Source: an uncultured candidate division Zixibacteria bacterium
GTDB lineage: Bacteria > Zixibacteria > MSB-5A5 > UBA10806
Direction of reading: 5' to 3'
DNA length: 64,000 nt
Assembly: GCA_963801605.1 (NCBI GenBank)
Contig: CAWDFP010000006.1
Span: forward strand, 544,001-608,000
This document shows positions 22,353 through 34,099 of the stretch, piece after piece. The notes under the pieces are model-generated. The model saw only the letters and a list, made by a program, of their open reading frames with translations. It was not told the origin of the DNA and did no database searches. Position numbers and translations under genes: made by a program. How positions within the stretch are numbered: the stretch's first letter is position 1; every line of letters starts with the position of its first letter.

Positions 22353-25014
22353 ATGAAATCAAACGAAATCAGAACCTCATTTCTAAACTATTTTGCCAAA
22401 CGGGATCATAAGGTCGTGCCGTCATCGGCCCTTATTCCCCAAAATGACCCCACGCTGCTTTTCACCAACGCCGGGATGAATCAGTTCAAAAACGTATTCC
22501 TGGGCCTGGAAAAGCGCGACTATAAAAGGGCGACATCATCCCAGAAGTGTCTTCGCGCCGGCGGCAAGCATAACGATCTGGAAAATGTCGGTTTTACGGC
22601 CCGGCATCACACCTTCTTTGAGATGCTGGGAAATTTTTCGTTCGGCGATTACTTCAAGGCCGAGGCTATAGCCTATGCCTGGGAATATGTCACCAAGGAT
22701 TTGGGACTGGACCCCAAAAGGCTGTACGCCACAGTCTTTACCGATGATGATGACGCCGAGCGTCTCTGGAAAAAGATTGCGCCGGAGTTAGGAGATCGCG
22801 TTCTGCGCTTTGGCGAGCACGATAATTTCTGGTCGATGGGTGAAACCGGCCCCTGCGGCCCCTGCTCGGAGATCCATTACGACCGCGGCGAAAAGCATTC
22901 CGGTGAATTGAACGGCGAGGGCGACCGCTTTATGGAAGTCTGGAATTTAGTTTTCATGCAATATAACCGCGATGAAAACAAGGTTCTGACGCCGCTTCCC
23001 AAACCATCAGTTGATACCGGCGCGGGTTTGGAACGTTTCTGCATGGTCTTGCAGAATGCGGAAACCAACTATGATACCGACCTATTCATGCCGCTGATTA
23101 ATAAGGTGGTCGAGCTTTCGTCCAAAGAATATTCGGATGGTCCCGAAGGTGTCTCGCATCGGGTGATTTCGGATCATGTGCGGGCGCTGGCATTTGCTAT
23201 TGCCGATGGCGCCACTATCTCCAACGAAGGGCGCGGTTATGTGTTGCGTCGAATTCTTCGCCGGGCGGCCCGTCATGGAAGGCTGTTAGGGTTGCACGAA
23301 CCGTTCATTTATAAGATTGTCGATCCTTTAGCCGCGGTCATGGGCGGACATTTTACAGAGCTTGTGGCCAAGCGTTCGCATATCGAGCTTGTTATTAAAT
23401 CGGAAGAGGAGCAATTTGGCAGAGCGCTCGATACGGGCCTTGAAATATTTGAGGATATAGTCAGGCAGGCTGAAATCATCGGCCGCCAGACTGATTCCCG
23501 GCAGCGAAGTATTTAAGCTTTACGATACCTACGGCTTTCCGCTGGATCTCACCGAGATCATGGCCAAAGAGCGCGGCCTGGAGATCGATTTAAAGGGTTT
23601 CGAGCATGAGCTAGAGAAACAGCGTGAGAGATCTCGGCAAGAGTCGTCATTTCGTGAGATGCTAGTCGGTGGACCTATAGATATCAAGAGTCCTGCCGGA
23701 ATACAATATTTGAGGTTACGACAAATCGAATCGCATTCGAGTACCAAAGTAGAAAATATCCAGTGACTCCAGATGAAAGCAATATATAGTTATTAAAAGA
23801 AACTCCTTTCTATGCCGAATCAGGCGGACAGGTCGGCGATACCGGCCTAAGTTAACAGGCTCTGAATTCGAATTCGCAGTCGAGGATACTCAGAAAGTCA
23901 GTGATGACCATCATTCATATCGGAAACACTGATAAAGGCGAAATTGCCCAGAGCATAACTTAGGCAGTGTTACGGCAATGCCGAGATCAATCCGAACGTC
24001 GCGCGAGATATCCGTCGCAACCATACCGCCACCCATCTACTCCATCGGGCGCTGCGGATGGTGCTGGGCGAGCATGTTCATCAGGCGGGTTCGTTGGTTG
24101 CCCCGGACAGATTTCGTTTTGATTTCACCCACTTTAAGGGGATGACGCCGGAGGAACTCAATGAGGTTGAAAGGATCGTTGTTGAGAAAATTGCCGATGA
24201 TCTTAAGGTCAGCATCCTTGCCGATGTACCTATAGATGAAGCTCGCAAGATGGGCGCGATGGCGCTATTCGGTGAAAAATATGGTGACAAAGTCCGCGTG
24301 GTTGTTACGGGAGATCAACCCAACGCGTTTTCGCTCGAGCTTTGCGGTGGAACTCATGTTACGCATACCGGCGATATCGGCCAATTCTTTATCACACAAG
24401 AAACGGCAATAGCGGCAGGCATGAGGCGTATCGAGGCTATCTCAGGCACTGAGGCCAAAAGGTTTTTCGAGGAGCAAAACAAAATTATCTTACAGATAAA
24501 GAGCTATCTTGAGAAAGACTCACGGAAACTGACGGAGACCGAAATATCTGATTTTAAGGCGCTGGCCAGCACAGCCCATCGGCGCATTCTTCAAAAAGAA
24601 GAATTGCTGGCAAAGATTGACGAATTCCAAAGCGTCTATGAGAAAAATCAGCGCCAGCTTGAACGAGAGGCCAAAGGAAAACTTGCCCGGGAAGCCACGG
24701 CGGTTGAGCCTCGGGCCGATATTTCGGCCGGAAAGATTCTCATCTTTACAATTCCGGCTGCAGATGCTAAAGAACTGATGGTTTACTCCGACAGCCTCAA
24801 GAAAACTTACCCGGAATCGAGCGTCGTAACGATTTCCGAGGTTAACGGGGCGTTGGCCGTTACATCTCCCGAGCCTGCGAGGGGGCAGGAAGTGTTCAAG
24901 GAGTTAGTGGCGGTGTCCGGCGGACGCGGCGGCGGCCAGGGCACTATTCGCGGCACCATGCCCGTTGAAAAAATCGAGGCTGTTATCGAGGCCCTTAAAA
25001 GAAAGTTTGGCTAA
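22353..25014 (+). CDS. alaS: Alanine--tRNA ligase (error-rich/frameshifted at about 23470-24050)
   Basis: [55 protein letters not shown]. Confidence 0.97.
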
Positions 25015-25018
25015 AGGA

Positions 25019-25777
25019 ATGTCATCGACCTACCAGAAGCTCGTTACCATCAAAAAGGGACGGCAGTGCGGTTTTTTGGTGCTGCTTGATCCGGATCGGA
25101 AATCCCCGCAGGTTTTAGCGCGCTTTGCCAAAAAAATGGAAGCGGCAGGAGCTGATGCCTTTCTGATAGGTTCTTCGATCATGGTTTCAACCTCTTTCGA
25201 GCGCGCCGTGCGGGCAGTGAAGAAAGCGGTGAAGGTGCCGCTCATCATTTTTCCTAACGGATCGGGGATGCTCTCCAGAGCCGCGGACGCCGTGTTGTTT
25301 ACATCGCTAATTTCCGGACGGAACCCCAATCTCCTGATCGACGAGCAAGTCAAGGCGGCCCCAGCCATAAAGGCTCTTGGGCTGGAACCGATACCCACGG
25401 CGTATATAATAATCGAATCGGGCAATTTGACATCGGTTTGTTACATCTCCAACACCATGCCTATTCCGCGCGATAAACCCGAGATTGTCAAAGCTCACGC
25501 ATTAGCGGGCGAATATTTGGGAATGAAGTTGGTTTATCTTGAGGCCGGTTCGGGCGCGTCAATGCCGGTTCCGCCGGAAACCGTTCGCCAGGTTGGAAAG
25601 TATATAACACTTCCGATAATTGTTGGCGGCGGTATCACAGACCCATCGTACGCCAGAAAGATCGCCCTGGCAGGAGCATCGTTTATCGTGGTGGGAAATG
25701 TTTTAGAAAAAGATTCAACGGGAGAGCTGGCTAAATCTTTTGCGGATGCGATTCACTCTAACGGTTTTCATAAATAG
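25019..25777 (+). CDS. Geranylgeranylglyceryl/heptaprenylglyceryl phosphate synthase, group II-like
   Basis: LLDPD, IFP, SLISGRNP, YLEAGSGA, VGGGI, VVGN. Confidence 0.9.
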   Translation: MSSTYQKLVTIKKGRQCGFLVLLDPDRKSPQVLARFAKKMEAAGADAFLIGSSIMVSTSFERAVRAVKKAVKVPLIIFPNGSGMLSRAADAVLFTSLISGRNPNLLIDEQVKAAPAIKALGLEPIPTAYIIIESGNLTSVCYISNTMPIPRDKPEIVKAHALAGEYLGMKLVYLEAGSGASMPVPPETVRQVGKYITLPIIVGGGITDPSYARKIALAGASFIVVGNVLEKDSTGELAKSFADAIHSNGFHK

Positions 25778-25781
25778 TGCT

Positions 25782-26360
25782 ATGGATCAAGAACAAATAA
25801 AAAAAGCGCTTATAAGCTCGGCGGAACTCAAAACTCGAATGGCCGAGACTATGGCCAGCCAAATCGGAACGACGGCAGAGAAACTTGCCAGTACGATTCG
25901 AAACGGCGGCAAAGCAATCTTTTGCGGCAACGGCGGATCGGCGGCCGATAGCCAGCATCTGGCAACGGAGCTGGTAGTCCGTTTGAGCAGCAAGAATAAC
26001 CGTCGAGCACTTCCGGCAATTTCGCTGACCACCAACAGCTCCATTCTGACTGCCTGCGCTAATGATTACGGATTTGATGAAATTTTCTCACGTCAGGTAG
26101 AGGCATTGGGAAATAAAGGCGATATCCTGTTTGCCATTTCGACTTCGGGCAATTCCAAAAATATTATAAGAGCAGTTGAAGCGTCCAAGAAAATCGGGAT
26201 CGTTACGATTGGCTTCCTGGGCTGTGGCGGCGGCAAGCTCTCCGGCTTAGTTGATTTTCCGCTTGTAATTCCCTCCGATGATGCCCAGCGTGTCCAGGAG
26301 GCTCATATAACCATAGGGCATATAATAATTGGCATGGCGGAAACAGAACTCATAAAATGA
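25782..26360 (+). CDS. gmhA: D-sedoheptulose 7-phosphate isomerase
   Basis: GNGGSAADSQH, NDYG, ISTSGNS, RVQEAH. Confidence 0.93.
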   Translation: MDQEQIKKALISSAELKTRMAETMASQIGTTAEKLASTIRNGGKAIFCGNGGSAADSQHLATELVVRLSSKNNRRALPAISLTTNSSILTACANDYGFDEIFSRQVEALGNKGDILFAISTSGNSKNIIRAVEASKKIGIVTIGFLGCGGGKLSGLVDFPLVIPSDDAQRVQEAHITIGHIIIGMAETELIK

Positions 26361-27798
26361 TCATATTAAACTCACTCGCCAGAAAATCAATTTGGATGAT
26401 AGGTGTCCAGATAATTAATAAGGTCCTGTCTTTTTTTTTGCCCTGTATGCTGCCAGAATGTTGGGGGTTGAGGGTTTCGGCCAGTATGGATTTGCAGTGG
26501 CGGTGGTGGGGTTCTTTAATGTCATCTCTGATTTCGGCCTGAGCCAAATTCAAATTCGCGAAACCTCCATACACAAATCAAACGATCTTCCAGCGCGCTA
26601 TATAAGCTCGTCACTGCTTGCCAGGACATATTTGGGATTAATATCATTTATAATAATTGTAGTTATTGCGCTATTCTCAAACAAGCCGATGGACGTTAAA
26701 CTGTTTTTATGTTTTTTGGGAATAAGCATGTTTGTTACTAATCTCTTTGGCTCATATTCAGCGGTATTGATTGGATTGGAACGATTCTCAACATTTGGAA
26801 TTATTTCGACTGTTTACGTCTTCACCTATTCAGGACTTGCGATCCTGTCTCTTTTTTGGGGATTTGGCTTGATTGGCATAGGAATAAGCCAGATGGTTGT
26901 GGCGATTGGAGTCACACTGATAGGGGCAGTTTATATTTCCTCGAAGATAATCAAGGCTCAAGGGAGGCCGAGGCTAATCGAAGGAATAAATATTTTTAAG
27001 CTGGCAGCTCCACTGGGCATAACCGCTATACTGACCAATATCTATCATAGAACCGATTTTGTGCTTTTATCATATATTAAAGGTGATCAGGAGGTTGGCT
27101 ACTATAATGCCGCCTCGACTTTGATAAACAGTTTACTGCTGTTTGCCACGACTTTTTCCAGTACTCTTTTGCCGCGTCTTTCGGCGCTTTTTGCCGCGGA
27201 TTTCGAAATATTGGGAAAGCTTTATCGGACAGCATTTAAGTATTTATTGTTTGTGGGAGTTGGCAGCGCCATAGGCGCGACGATTTTGGCTGAACCGATT
27301 ATCAAATTTCTTTTTGGCGATAAGTATTTACCAGCCGCTCCGGCGTTGGCCATTCTTATCTGGGCGTCGGCATTGATGTTTGTAAATTCCCTCCAGGGCT
27401 CGCTTTTGGTGGCGTCAAACATGAAAAAACAATTGGTACAAATGACGGGAGCGGCCGCGATTGTTAATATTATTTTAAACATAATTTTCATTCCAGCTTA
27501 CGGCATAAAGGGAGCCGCCAGCGCAGTAGTAATTTCGGAACTTATCGCCGGCGGCTGGTCGTATATTCTCCTTAAAAGACATAATCCAACCACTCATATT
27601 CTATTTCTTATATTAAAGGCAATGGCAGCGTCGGCAGTAATGGCCTTGGTCGTGTTAGGATTCCCGTCATTTCAAATCCTGATTCGCATTAGCCTCGGTA
27701 TTGTTGCCTATGGGGCAAGCCTGATTGCGATTAAAGGCTTTAGCGGTGCCGACATGAAAGTTGTTCGCGATATTTTGGGGATTAAGGCGACAAGCTAA
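26357..27798 (+). CDS. wzx: Wzx-type polysaccharide flippase (frameshift at the poly-T near 26430-26450)
   Basis: LGVEGFGQY, DFGL, VGYYNAA, IPAYGIKGAA; many TM segments. Confidence 0.88.
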
Positions 27799-27872
27799 CG
27801 GAAAATGATCCCGATAAAAGCCAATGCGAAATATAATTATGAAAACCGAATCCGTGCAATCCGCATAATAAA

Positions 27873-29022
27873 ATGAAAATTGGAATCGACATAAGGCCGC
27901 TTAATGATCGAAAAACAGGTATTGGAAGATATCTCGACGAGCTAATTGATGCGCTTTTGGCAATCGACACAGAAAATGAGTATATATTTTTTTATAATGC
28001 GCTTAAAGGGGCAATCCCTAATAAGGATTTTAATCGAGGAGAAGTCGTTTCAAGCAGATGGCCAAATAAATTGCTTACGCGTCTCTGGTCCTCAACATCA
28101 TTTCCCTCCATTGAAAGTCTCGTTGGCGAAATCGATGTTTTCCATGGACCAAGTTTTCAGATGGCCCCGACGAGAAGGGCTTCGAAGGTCCTCACCATAC
28201 ACGATCTGGTATTTCTCGTCCAACCGGAATTGGCGGCGCCGAAAGCAGTGCAAGAATTTTTGCCGCACATCAAGCGATTTGCACGAAGGGCAGACATAAT
28301 CGTCGCCGATTCCCAAGCCACAGCCAAAGATATCACTTACCACCTGGGAGTGCCCGCCGAAAAAATTGCAGTAGTCTATCCGGGTACCACTATAATCTCA
28401 AGGGCGAGCAATGATGCAATCCGGGACGTAAAGAAGAGATATGGTATCGACGGGGATTTTATTCTATTTGTAGGCACTTTAGAACCCAGAAAAAATCTTT
28501 CACGGCTTTTTAAGGCGTTTAACCTTTCGGGGCTTAACCGCGAATATTCGTTAGTTCTGGCAGGGCCTAAGGGATGGCGTACCGAGGAAATCGAAAACAC
28601 CTGGCATTCACTTACCTTGCCGCGACAAAATTCTCTGGGTCGATTATTTAAGCGAGGAGAATCTGGCGGCACTATATTCATCAACGACCTGTCTGGCCTT
28701 TCCGTCGCTTCTGGAGGGATTTGGATTACCCATTTTAGAGGCAATGTCAATTGAGTGCCCGGTATTGACATCAAATGTGTCATCGATGCCTGAGGTGGGC
28801 GGCGATGCAGCTCTTTATGTTGATCCCTCATCAATGGAGTCTATTTCGGACGGTTTGAAGAAAATCGTTGGCGATACCGCTTTGCGTAAGAAGCTTGTCG
28901 GGCTGGGCCTGGAAAGGGTATCTCATTTTGAGTGGCAGAATACGGCACGAGAGATGATTGAAGTCTATAAACGGGCATTCGAGTTACGCCAACGCGAAGA
29001 CTCGCAATTGGGTAGAAAATGA
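27873..29022 (+). CDS. GT4 glycosyltransferase (frameshift near 28620)
   Basis: TIHDL, VGTLEPRKN; EGFGLPILEAM in the shifted frame. Confidence 0.9.
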
Positions 29023-30164
29023 AAATTGCAATCGATATACGGCCGCTTCGCGACGTCATGACGGGCATTGGGCGATATCTCTATAAACTTGTTGACGCCC
29101 TAAGCGAGCAAGACAAACATAATGAATATCTTCTATTCTGGTCAAATCTAACAATTCCGCCCCCGAAGAGCCTCCCCAAGACAAAGAATATGCGAGTTAT
29201 ATCTTATCGTATTCCCGGAAAGGCAATTACCGCTCTTTGGGCATATACGAGCTTTCCCCAAATCGAAACATTCACCGGCCCTATTGATGTTTTCCATGCG
29301 CCCTGTTTTCAGGTACCTCCGGCCGGAAGAGCGGCCAGGGTTTTTACAATCCACGATCTAATACCAATAACCAATCCGGAATTGGCGATCCCGTCATCGG
29401 TGCGTCATTTCAGGCCAAGGGCAAAGCACTATGCTAAAAGGGCAGATATTATTGTGGCGATCTCGAAAGCAACGGCAAGGGATATTATTAATTACCTGGA
29501 TGTGCCCGAAGAGAAAATCAGCGTAATTTATCAAGGCACTACGTTTCTACCCAAGCCATCAGGGGTGAAAATGGCCGAGGTGCGAAAAAAGTACGCTCTT
29601 AGCCCAAACTATATTTTGTTTGTGAGTCGTCTTGATCCCAGGAAAAACATTGCGCGACTTTTGAAAGCGTTTGAAATCTCGGGGCTGTCAAGCGATTGGG
29701 AATTGGTAATTGCCGGTCCAAAGGGATGGCGTATGGAGGAAACTAACCGAATATGGAATTCGCTGACCTGCAAGAGTCAAATTCGCCGGCTCAATTATAT
29801 CGAAGATGAAGAGCTATCGGCGCTGTATGGAGGGGCCGCATTCTTAGCATTCCCGTCATTAATGGAGGGATTCGGGCTCCCTATTTTGGAAGCAATGTCG
29901 GTAGGTTGCCCGGTGCTGACGTCTAATGTTTCTTCTATGCCGGAAGTTGGCGGAGGGGCGGCCTTATATGTCGATCCCTTCTCTGTGGAATCGATTTCAG
30001 CCGGATTGATAAAATTGGCAAACGATAGCGCGCTTCGATCAAAATTGTCTCAATTAGGATATCATCAAGCTGCGAAATTTACCTGGGACAAGACAGCTTC
30101 TCAGATGATTGAAGTCTATAAAAAGGCATTCGATATAGTCTCTGCCAGAAGGCATAAAAGATGA
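29019..30164 (+). CDS. GT4 glycosyltransferase (close paralog of the preceding gene)
   Basis: TIHDL, PRKN, EGFGLPILEAM, SSMPEV. Confidence 0.92.
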   Translation: MKIAIDIRPLRDVMTGIGRYLYKLVDALSEQDKHNEYLLFWSNLTIPPPKSLPKTKNMRVISYRIPGKAITALWAYTSFPQIETFTGPIDVFHAPCFQVPPAGRAARVFTIHDLIPITNPELAIPSSVRHFRPRAKHYAKRADIIVAISKATARDIINYLDVPEEKISVIYQGTTFLPKPSGVKMAEVRKKYALSPNYILFVSRLDPRKNIARLLKAFEISGLSSDWELVIAGPKGWRMEETNRIWNSLTCKSQIRRLNYIEDEELSALYGGAAFLAFPSLMEGFGLPILEAMSVGCPVLTSNVSSMPEVGGGAALYVDPFSVESISAGLIKLANDSALRSKLSQLGYHQAAKFTWDKTASQMIEVYKKAFDIVSARRHKR

Positions 30165-31246
30165 AAATCGCAATTGATTGCCGTAAAATTCACGATGGCG
30201 GTATTGGTACTTACCTGCGAAATCTTCTGGTGAACTGGAGGGAACAGCAGGTCCCGGCCAGCTTTTTTCTTTTCCATCTCTCCAAAGATAGCGATTATTT
30301 CCGTAAATTCGGTAATATTGCCGAGCCGATACCGCACGATATTTCCAAATATTCGATCTCCGAGCTGTTTTCGTTTTCGGGGCCGCTAAAAAAAATCGGA
30401 GCTACCCTGTTTTTTACGCCGCACTATACACTTCCCTATCGCCTTCCCTGCCCGGCCGTAACCACAATTCACGATCTCATCCATCTAAAATTTCGAAATA
30501 AGGGTGGTTTTGTCGGAAAAGCCTATGCCAAGCAACTCATTTCGCACGCTTGTCGGGTTTCCGGCGCAATATTAACGGACTCCGAAAACACATCACGCGA
30601 TATTGCGGCAACCTTTCCGGGTTGGGCGCATAAAATTCGTGTGGTATATCCAGGCGTAGATTTGAGAGTTTTTAAGCCCCGCTCTTCAATTGAGGTCGAG
30701 GCCTTCAAAAAAGAAAAATTACTTCCCGAAAAATTTGTACTTTATGTCGGGGCCTTAAAGCCTCATAAAAATCCCGGGGCACTTGTTGAGATTGTAAACA
30801 AATTGAAAGTGCCGGTAGTTATTGCCACGCAGGATTTACAAATTTATCAAAATAATATTCTAAATAAGATAGAAAATCAAAAGTTGGTACAAATGATAAT
30901 CGTTAAGGATGACCGGGAGATGGCTTTGCTATATAATGCGGCGACCCTCCTGGTGCATCCCGCTTTTTACGAGGGTTTTGGTTTGCCGCCGTTGGAAGCG
31001 ATGGGTTCGGGCTTGCCGGTGGTATGTTCGAACGCGGCCTCGTTACCTGAAGTTGTGGGAAATGCCGCATTGCTTTTTGATCCGAACGACCCTTCGGGAA
31101 TGATCGAGAATGTAAATCTTTTATGGCGCGATACCGCTCTTCAGGATATATTGAAAGCTAAAGGGGCTGAAAAAGCGCGCACTTTTAGCTGGGAAAAGGC
31201 CGCCAGCCGCGTTTTTGAAATTTTTTGCGAGGTAAGCAGAAGTTGA
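30161..31246 (+). CDS. GT4 glycosyltransferase
   Basis: TIHDL, KPHKN, EGFGLPPLEAM. Confidence 0.92.
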   Translation: MKIAIDCRKIHDGGIGTYLRNLLVNWREQQVPASFFLFHLSKDSDYFRKFGNIAEPIPHDISKYSISELFSFSGPLKKIGATLFFTPHYTLPYRLPCPAVTTIHDLIHLKFRNKGGFVGKAYAKQLISHACRVSGAILTDSENTSRDIAATFPGWAHKIRVVYPGVDLRVFKPRSSIEVEAFKKEKLLPEKFVLYVGALKPHKNPGALVEIVNKLKVPVVIATQDLQIYQNNILNKIENQKLVQMIIVKDDREMALLYNAATLLVHPAFYEGFGLPPLEAMGSGLPVVCSNAASLPEVVGNAALLFDPNDPSGMIENVNLLWRDTALQDILKAKGAEKARTFSWEKAASRVFEIFCEVSRS

Positions 31247-32454
31247 AAGTTGCCCTTATTCATGACTGGCTAAATGGGATGCGCGGAGGCGAAAAGGTTC
31301 TGGAAGCGCTATGCGAACTTTTTCCCGACGCTGTCATATTTACTCTATTTTATCAACCCGATAAAGTATCATCGAATATTTCCAGACATCAGGTAAGAGC
31401 TTCCTATCTCGACAAAATCCCCGGTATGAAAAAATCGTACCGGAACCTACTGCCTCTTTACCCTAAAGCCATGGAAGCCCTGAAGCTCGACGAATTCGAT
31501 CTTTGCATATCGGTTTCACACAGCGTTGCCAAGGGTATCCGTCCAGGACCAAACAGCCTGCATATCTGTGTATGCCTGACACCCATGAGATACATCTGGG
31601 ATCGTTTTGACGATTATTTTACCGACGGAGAAAACGGCCAGATCCGTCGAAATATAGCGCGCCTGATGTGCAAGAATCTTCAGCACTGGGATGTGGAATC
31701 ATCGAGCCGGGTCGATCTGTTTGTATCGATATCGGATTTCGTTAAAAGACGAATCAGAAAATTCTATAATCGCCCCTCGGTGGTGATCTATCCCTTTGCC
31801 GATACAGGTTTTTTCACGCCGGCAACTAACGGCACAAGCAAAGCAAGAGTCGAGGAGAAAAAATATTTTTTGGCCGTTTCGGCCCTGGTGCCATATAAGC
31901 GTATTCATGATATCAGCGAGGCATTCAGGGGGCTTGATGAGCGGATTACTATTGTAGGTGATGGTCCCGAGAAAAAGCGGCTGATTAAGCAGGCCCCTCC
32001 CAATGTGGAATTTGTTGGCTGGATATCAAACGACAAACTGTTGGAGCTTTATCGTAATTGCGAGGCGTTGATTTTCCCCGGAGTGGAGGATTTCGGCATC
32101 GTGCCAATTGAAGCCCAAGCCTGCGGTAAACCGGTGATTGCGCTTTCGGAGGGCGGCGCGCTGGAGACCGTGATCGGTCCGATAATAGGAGTAGATAGGC
32201 CCAAAGCATCCTACAATACGGGCTTATTCTTCCGACGGCCGGGGCCGGCATATATTGCTGAAGCCGTCAAACATTTTAAGAGCATGGAATTTAACAGCAC
32301 TGCGATCAGAGAAAACGCTCTGCGCTTTACCCGTCAAGCGTTTTTAGAAAACCTCTCCGATTATATAAACGAAAGCTATTCGAGGTTTAAATCCGGGGGA
32401 CGAAACGGGCTTGAGGAACAAATGCTTTCCCGAAGCCAATTGATTAAAAAGTAA
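31243..32454 (+). CDS. GT4 glycosyltransferase
   Basis: HDWLNGMRGGEKVL, TPMRY, PYKR, EDFGIVPIEAQACG. Confidence 0.92.
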   Translation: MKVALIHDWLNGMRGGEKVLEALCELFPDAVIFTLFYQPDKVSSNISRHQVRASYLDKIPGMKKSYRNLLPLYPKAMEALKLDEFDLCISVSHSVAKGIRPGPNSLHICVCLTPMRYIWDRFDDYFTDGENGQIRRNIARLMCKNLQHWDVESSSRVDLFVSISDFVKRRIRKFYNRPSVVIYPFADTGFFTPATNGTSKARVEEKKYFLAVSALVPYKRIHDISEAFRGLDERITIVGDGPEKKRLIKQAPPNVEFVGWISNDKLLELYRNCEALIFPGVEDFGIVPIEAQACGKPVIALSEGGALETVIGPIIGVDRPKASYNTGLFFRRPGPAYIAEAVKHFKSMEFNSTAIRENALRFTRQAFLENLSDYINESYSRFKSGGRNGLEEQMLSRSQLIKK

Positions 32455-32474
32455 CGTCAGGATATTAGTAGTAG

Positions 32475-33944
32475 ATGAATCCTGAAAATACCGATCTGAA
32501 AGATACCTCAAGCGCGCCCTGTCCTCAGGCGCTGCCCGAAGCCTCTAAGCGTATTGGCCGGTCACTTCGCTATATTCTTCCCATTCTTTATTTGTCAGCA
32601 GATTTAGCCGCGATATATCTGAGTTTTGCATTTGCTTACGCAATCAGATTTTACTCCAGCTTAATAAAAATTTTCCCAATTTATTACGGAATACCAACGC
32701 TGACATTTTATTTTCATGCATTGCTTTTTGTCAGCCCGATCTGGATCTTCATGTTTGCTATTTTTGGGAATTATGCAAAACGCTCGCCATCGATGTTTGA
32801 CCGTTTCTATGAGGTCATACGCGGAGTTCTCTCCGGGGCGCTTCTTATTTTAGCCACTACGTTTTTTTATAGAGCGGGAAGCTTTTCGCGAATAATATTG
32901 GGGATTGCCTGCATAATCTCAGTTTTTCTGATTTGGCTTTTCAGGGAAATGATCTACAGCGTTGAAAAGCATTATATGAAAAAGGGTCTGATCTCCAAAC
33001 GCGCCGTCTTCGTGGGAGATGTCGAACGCGGTATCACTCTTTATAAAAAGCTTTGCACGCAGCCGGCCTGGGGGATTTCACCGATAGGCGTCGTTTGCGA
33101 TCGCGATATCGGGCTTCCGCGTCTGGGGACGATGCCTGAACTTGATAAGGTAATCGACTCTTATTCCATCGACCTGGTAGTTTTCAATCTGCCGCACGAT
33201 TCCCAGGATTTTATCACCGATTTCGTGATGAAAAGCGAAATTCTCAATTTGGAATATATGATCGCTCCGGATATGGTTGGGTTGATGACCTTTAACGCGG
33301 ATGCCGGACAGATCGAGGGCATTCCGGTCCTGCGCTGGGGAAGAACACCAATCGAGGAGGGTTACGCCCGCGCTGCCAAGAGAACATTCGATACCGTTTT
33401 CTCGGGCATTGGGCTTTTGGCAATTTCCCCAATTTTATTGGGGATCGCCGCTGCGGTCAAACTTGATTCACCAGGGCCGGTTCTTTTTAAGCAACGGCGT
33501 ATCGGACAAAACGGACGGGAGTTTACGGTTTATAAGTTTCGTTCGATGAGAATCGATAAGGGAAACGCCAACGGCACCGGCTGGACGGTCAAGGATGATC
33601 CGCGTCGTACTAAAGTGGGCGTATTTATAAGAAAGTACAATCTTGATGAACTTCCGCAGCTATTCAATGTATTTAAAGGGGAGATGTCGCTGGTGGGACC
33701 GCGTCCCGAGCAACCCGGCTATGTTGAGAAGTTCAAGGATGATATTCCGCGCTATTTCCAAAGGCATCGGGTTAAATCGGGCCTGACCGGCTGGGCGCAG
33801 GTTAACGGCCTGCGAGGGGACACCTCGATTACCGAACGTACCAAATTCGACCTTTATTATGTCGAAAACTGGTCGCTCATTTTTGATGTCAAGATTATCG
33901 TCCAGACTTTAAGGAATATGTTCAAAAGCCCGAACGCGTATTGA
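32475..33944 (+). CDS. wcaJ: Undecaprenyl-phosphate sugar phosphotransferase (priming enzyme, WcaJ-like)
   Basis: KRTFD, KFRSM, LDELPQLFNV, SLVGPRPE, GLTGWAQVNG. Confidence 0.88.
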   Translation: MNPENTDLKDTSSAPCPQALPEASKRIGRSLRYILPILYLSADLAAIYLSFAFAYAIRFYSSLIKIFPIYYGIPTLTFYFHALLFVSPIWIFMFAIFGNYAKRSPSMFDRFYEVIRGVLSGALLILATTFFYRAGSFSRIILGIACIISVFLIWLFREMIYSVEKHYMKKGLISKRAVFVGDVERGITLYKKLCTQPAWGISPIGVVCDRDIGLPRLGTMPELDKVIDSYSIDLVVFNLPHDSQDFITDFVMKSEILNLEYMIAPDMVGLMTFNADAGQIEGIPVLRWGRTPIEEGYARAAKRTFDTVFSGIGLLAISPILLGIAAAVKLDSPGPVLFKQRRIGQNGREFTVYKFRSMRIDKGNANGTGWTVKDDPRRTKVGVFIRKYNLDELPQLFNVFKGEMSLVGPRPEQPGYVEKFKDDIPRYFQRHRVKSGLTGWAQVNGLRGDTSITERTKFDLYYVENWSLIFDVKIIVQTLRNMFKSPNAY

Positions 33945-34015
33945 GAATAAAAAATAATTCGTTAGATTGTAACGCCAGTAATTTTTTACCGGCGTTTTTT
34001 ATTTGGCATTGCAAC

Positions 34016-34044
34016 AAAAAAACGGGGGTTTCTGGAGACCCCGG
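34016..34044 (-). terminator. Intrinsic terminator after the Fe-S oxidoreductase
   Basis: GGGGTTTC/GAGACCCC stem with a T-run on the minus strand. Confidence 0.5.
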
Positions 34045-34099
34045 CTACAAACCTACAAATTCCATCGATCAAGCGTCTATAAGGCTTAACGGATATGTC

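Noticed and set aside
22353..25014. Programmed frameshifting or genuinely split alaS (likewise secD/secF)
   Set aside because: Indels are numerous and clustered, without consistent slippery sites; sequencing error is far simpler
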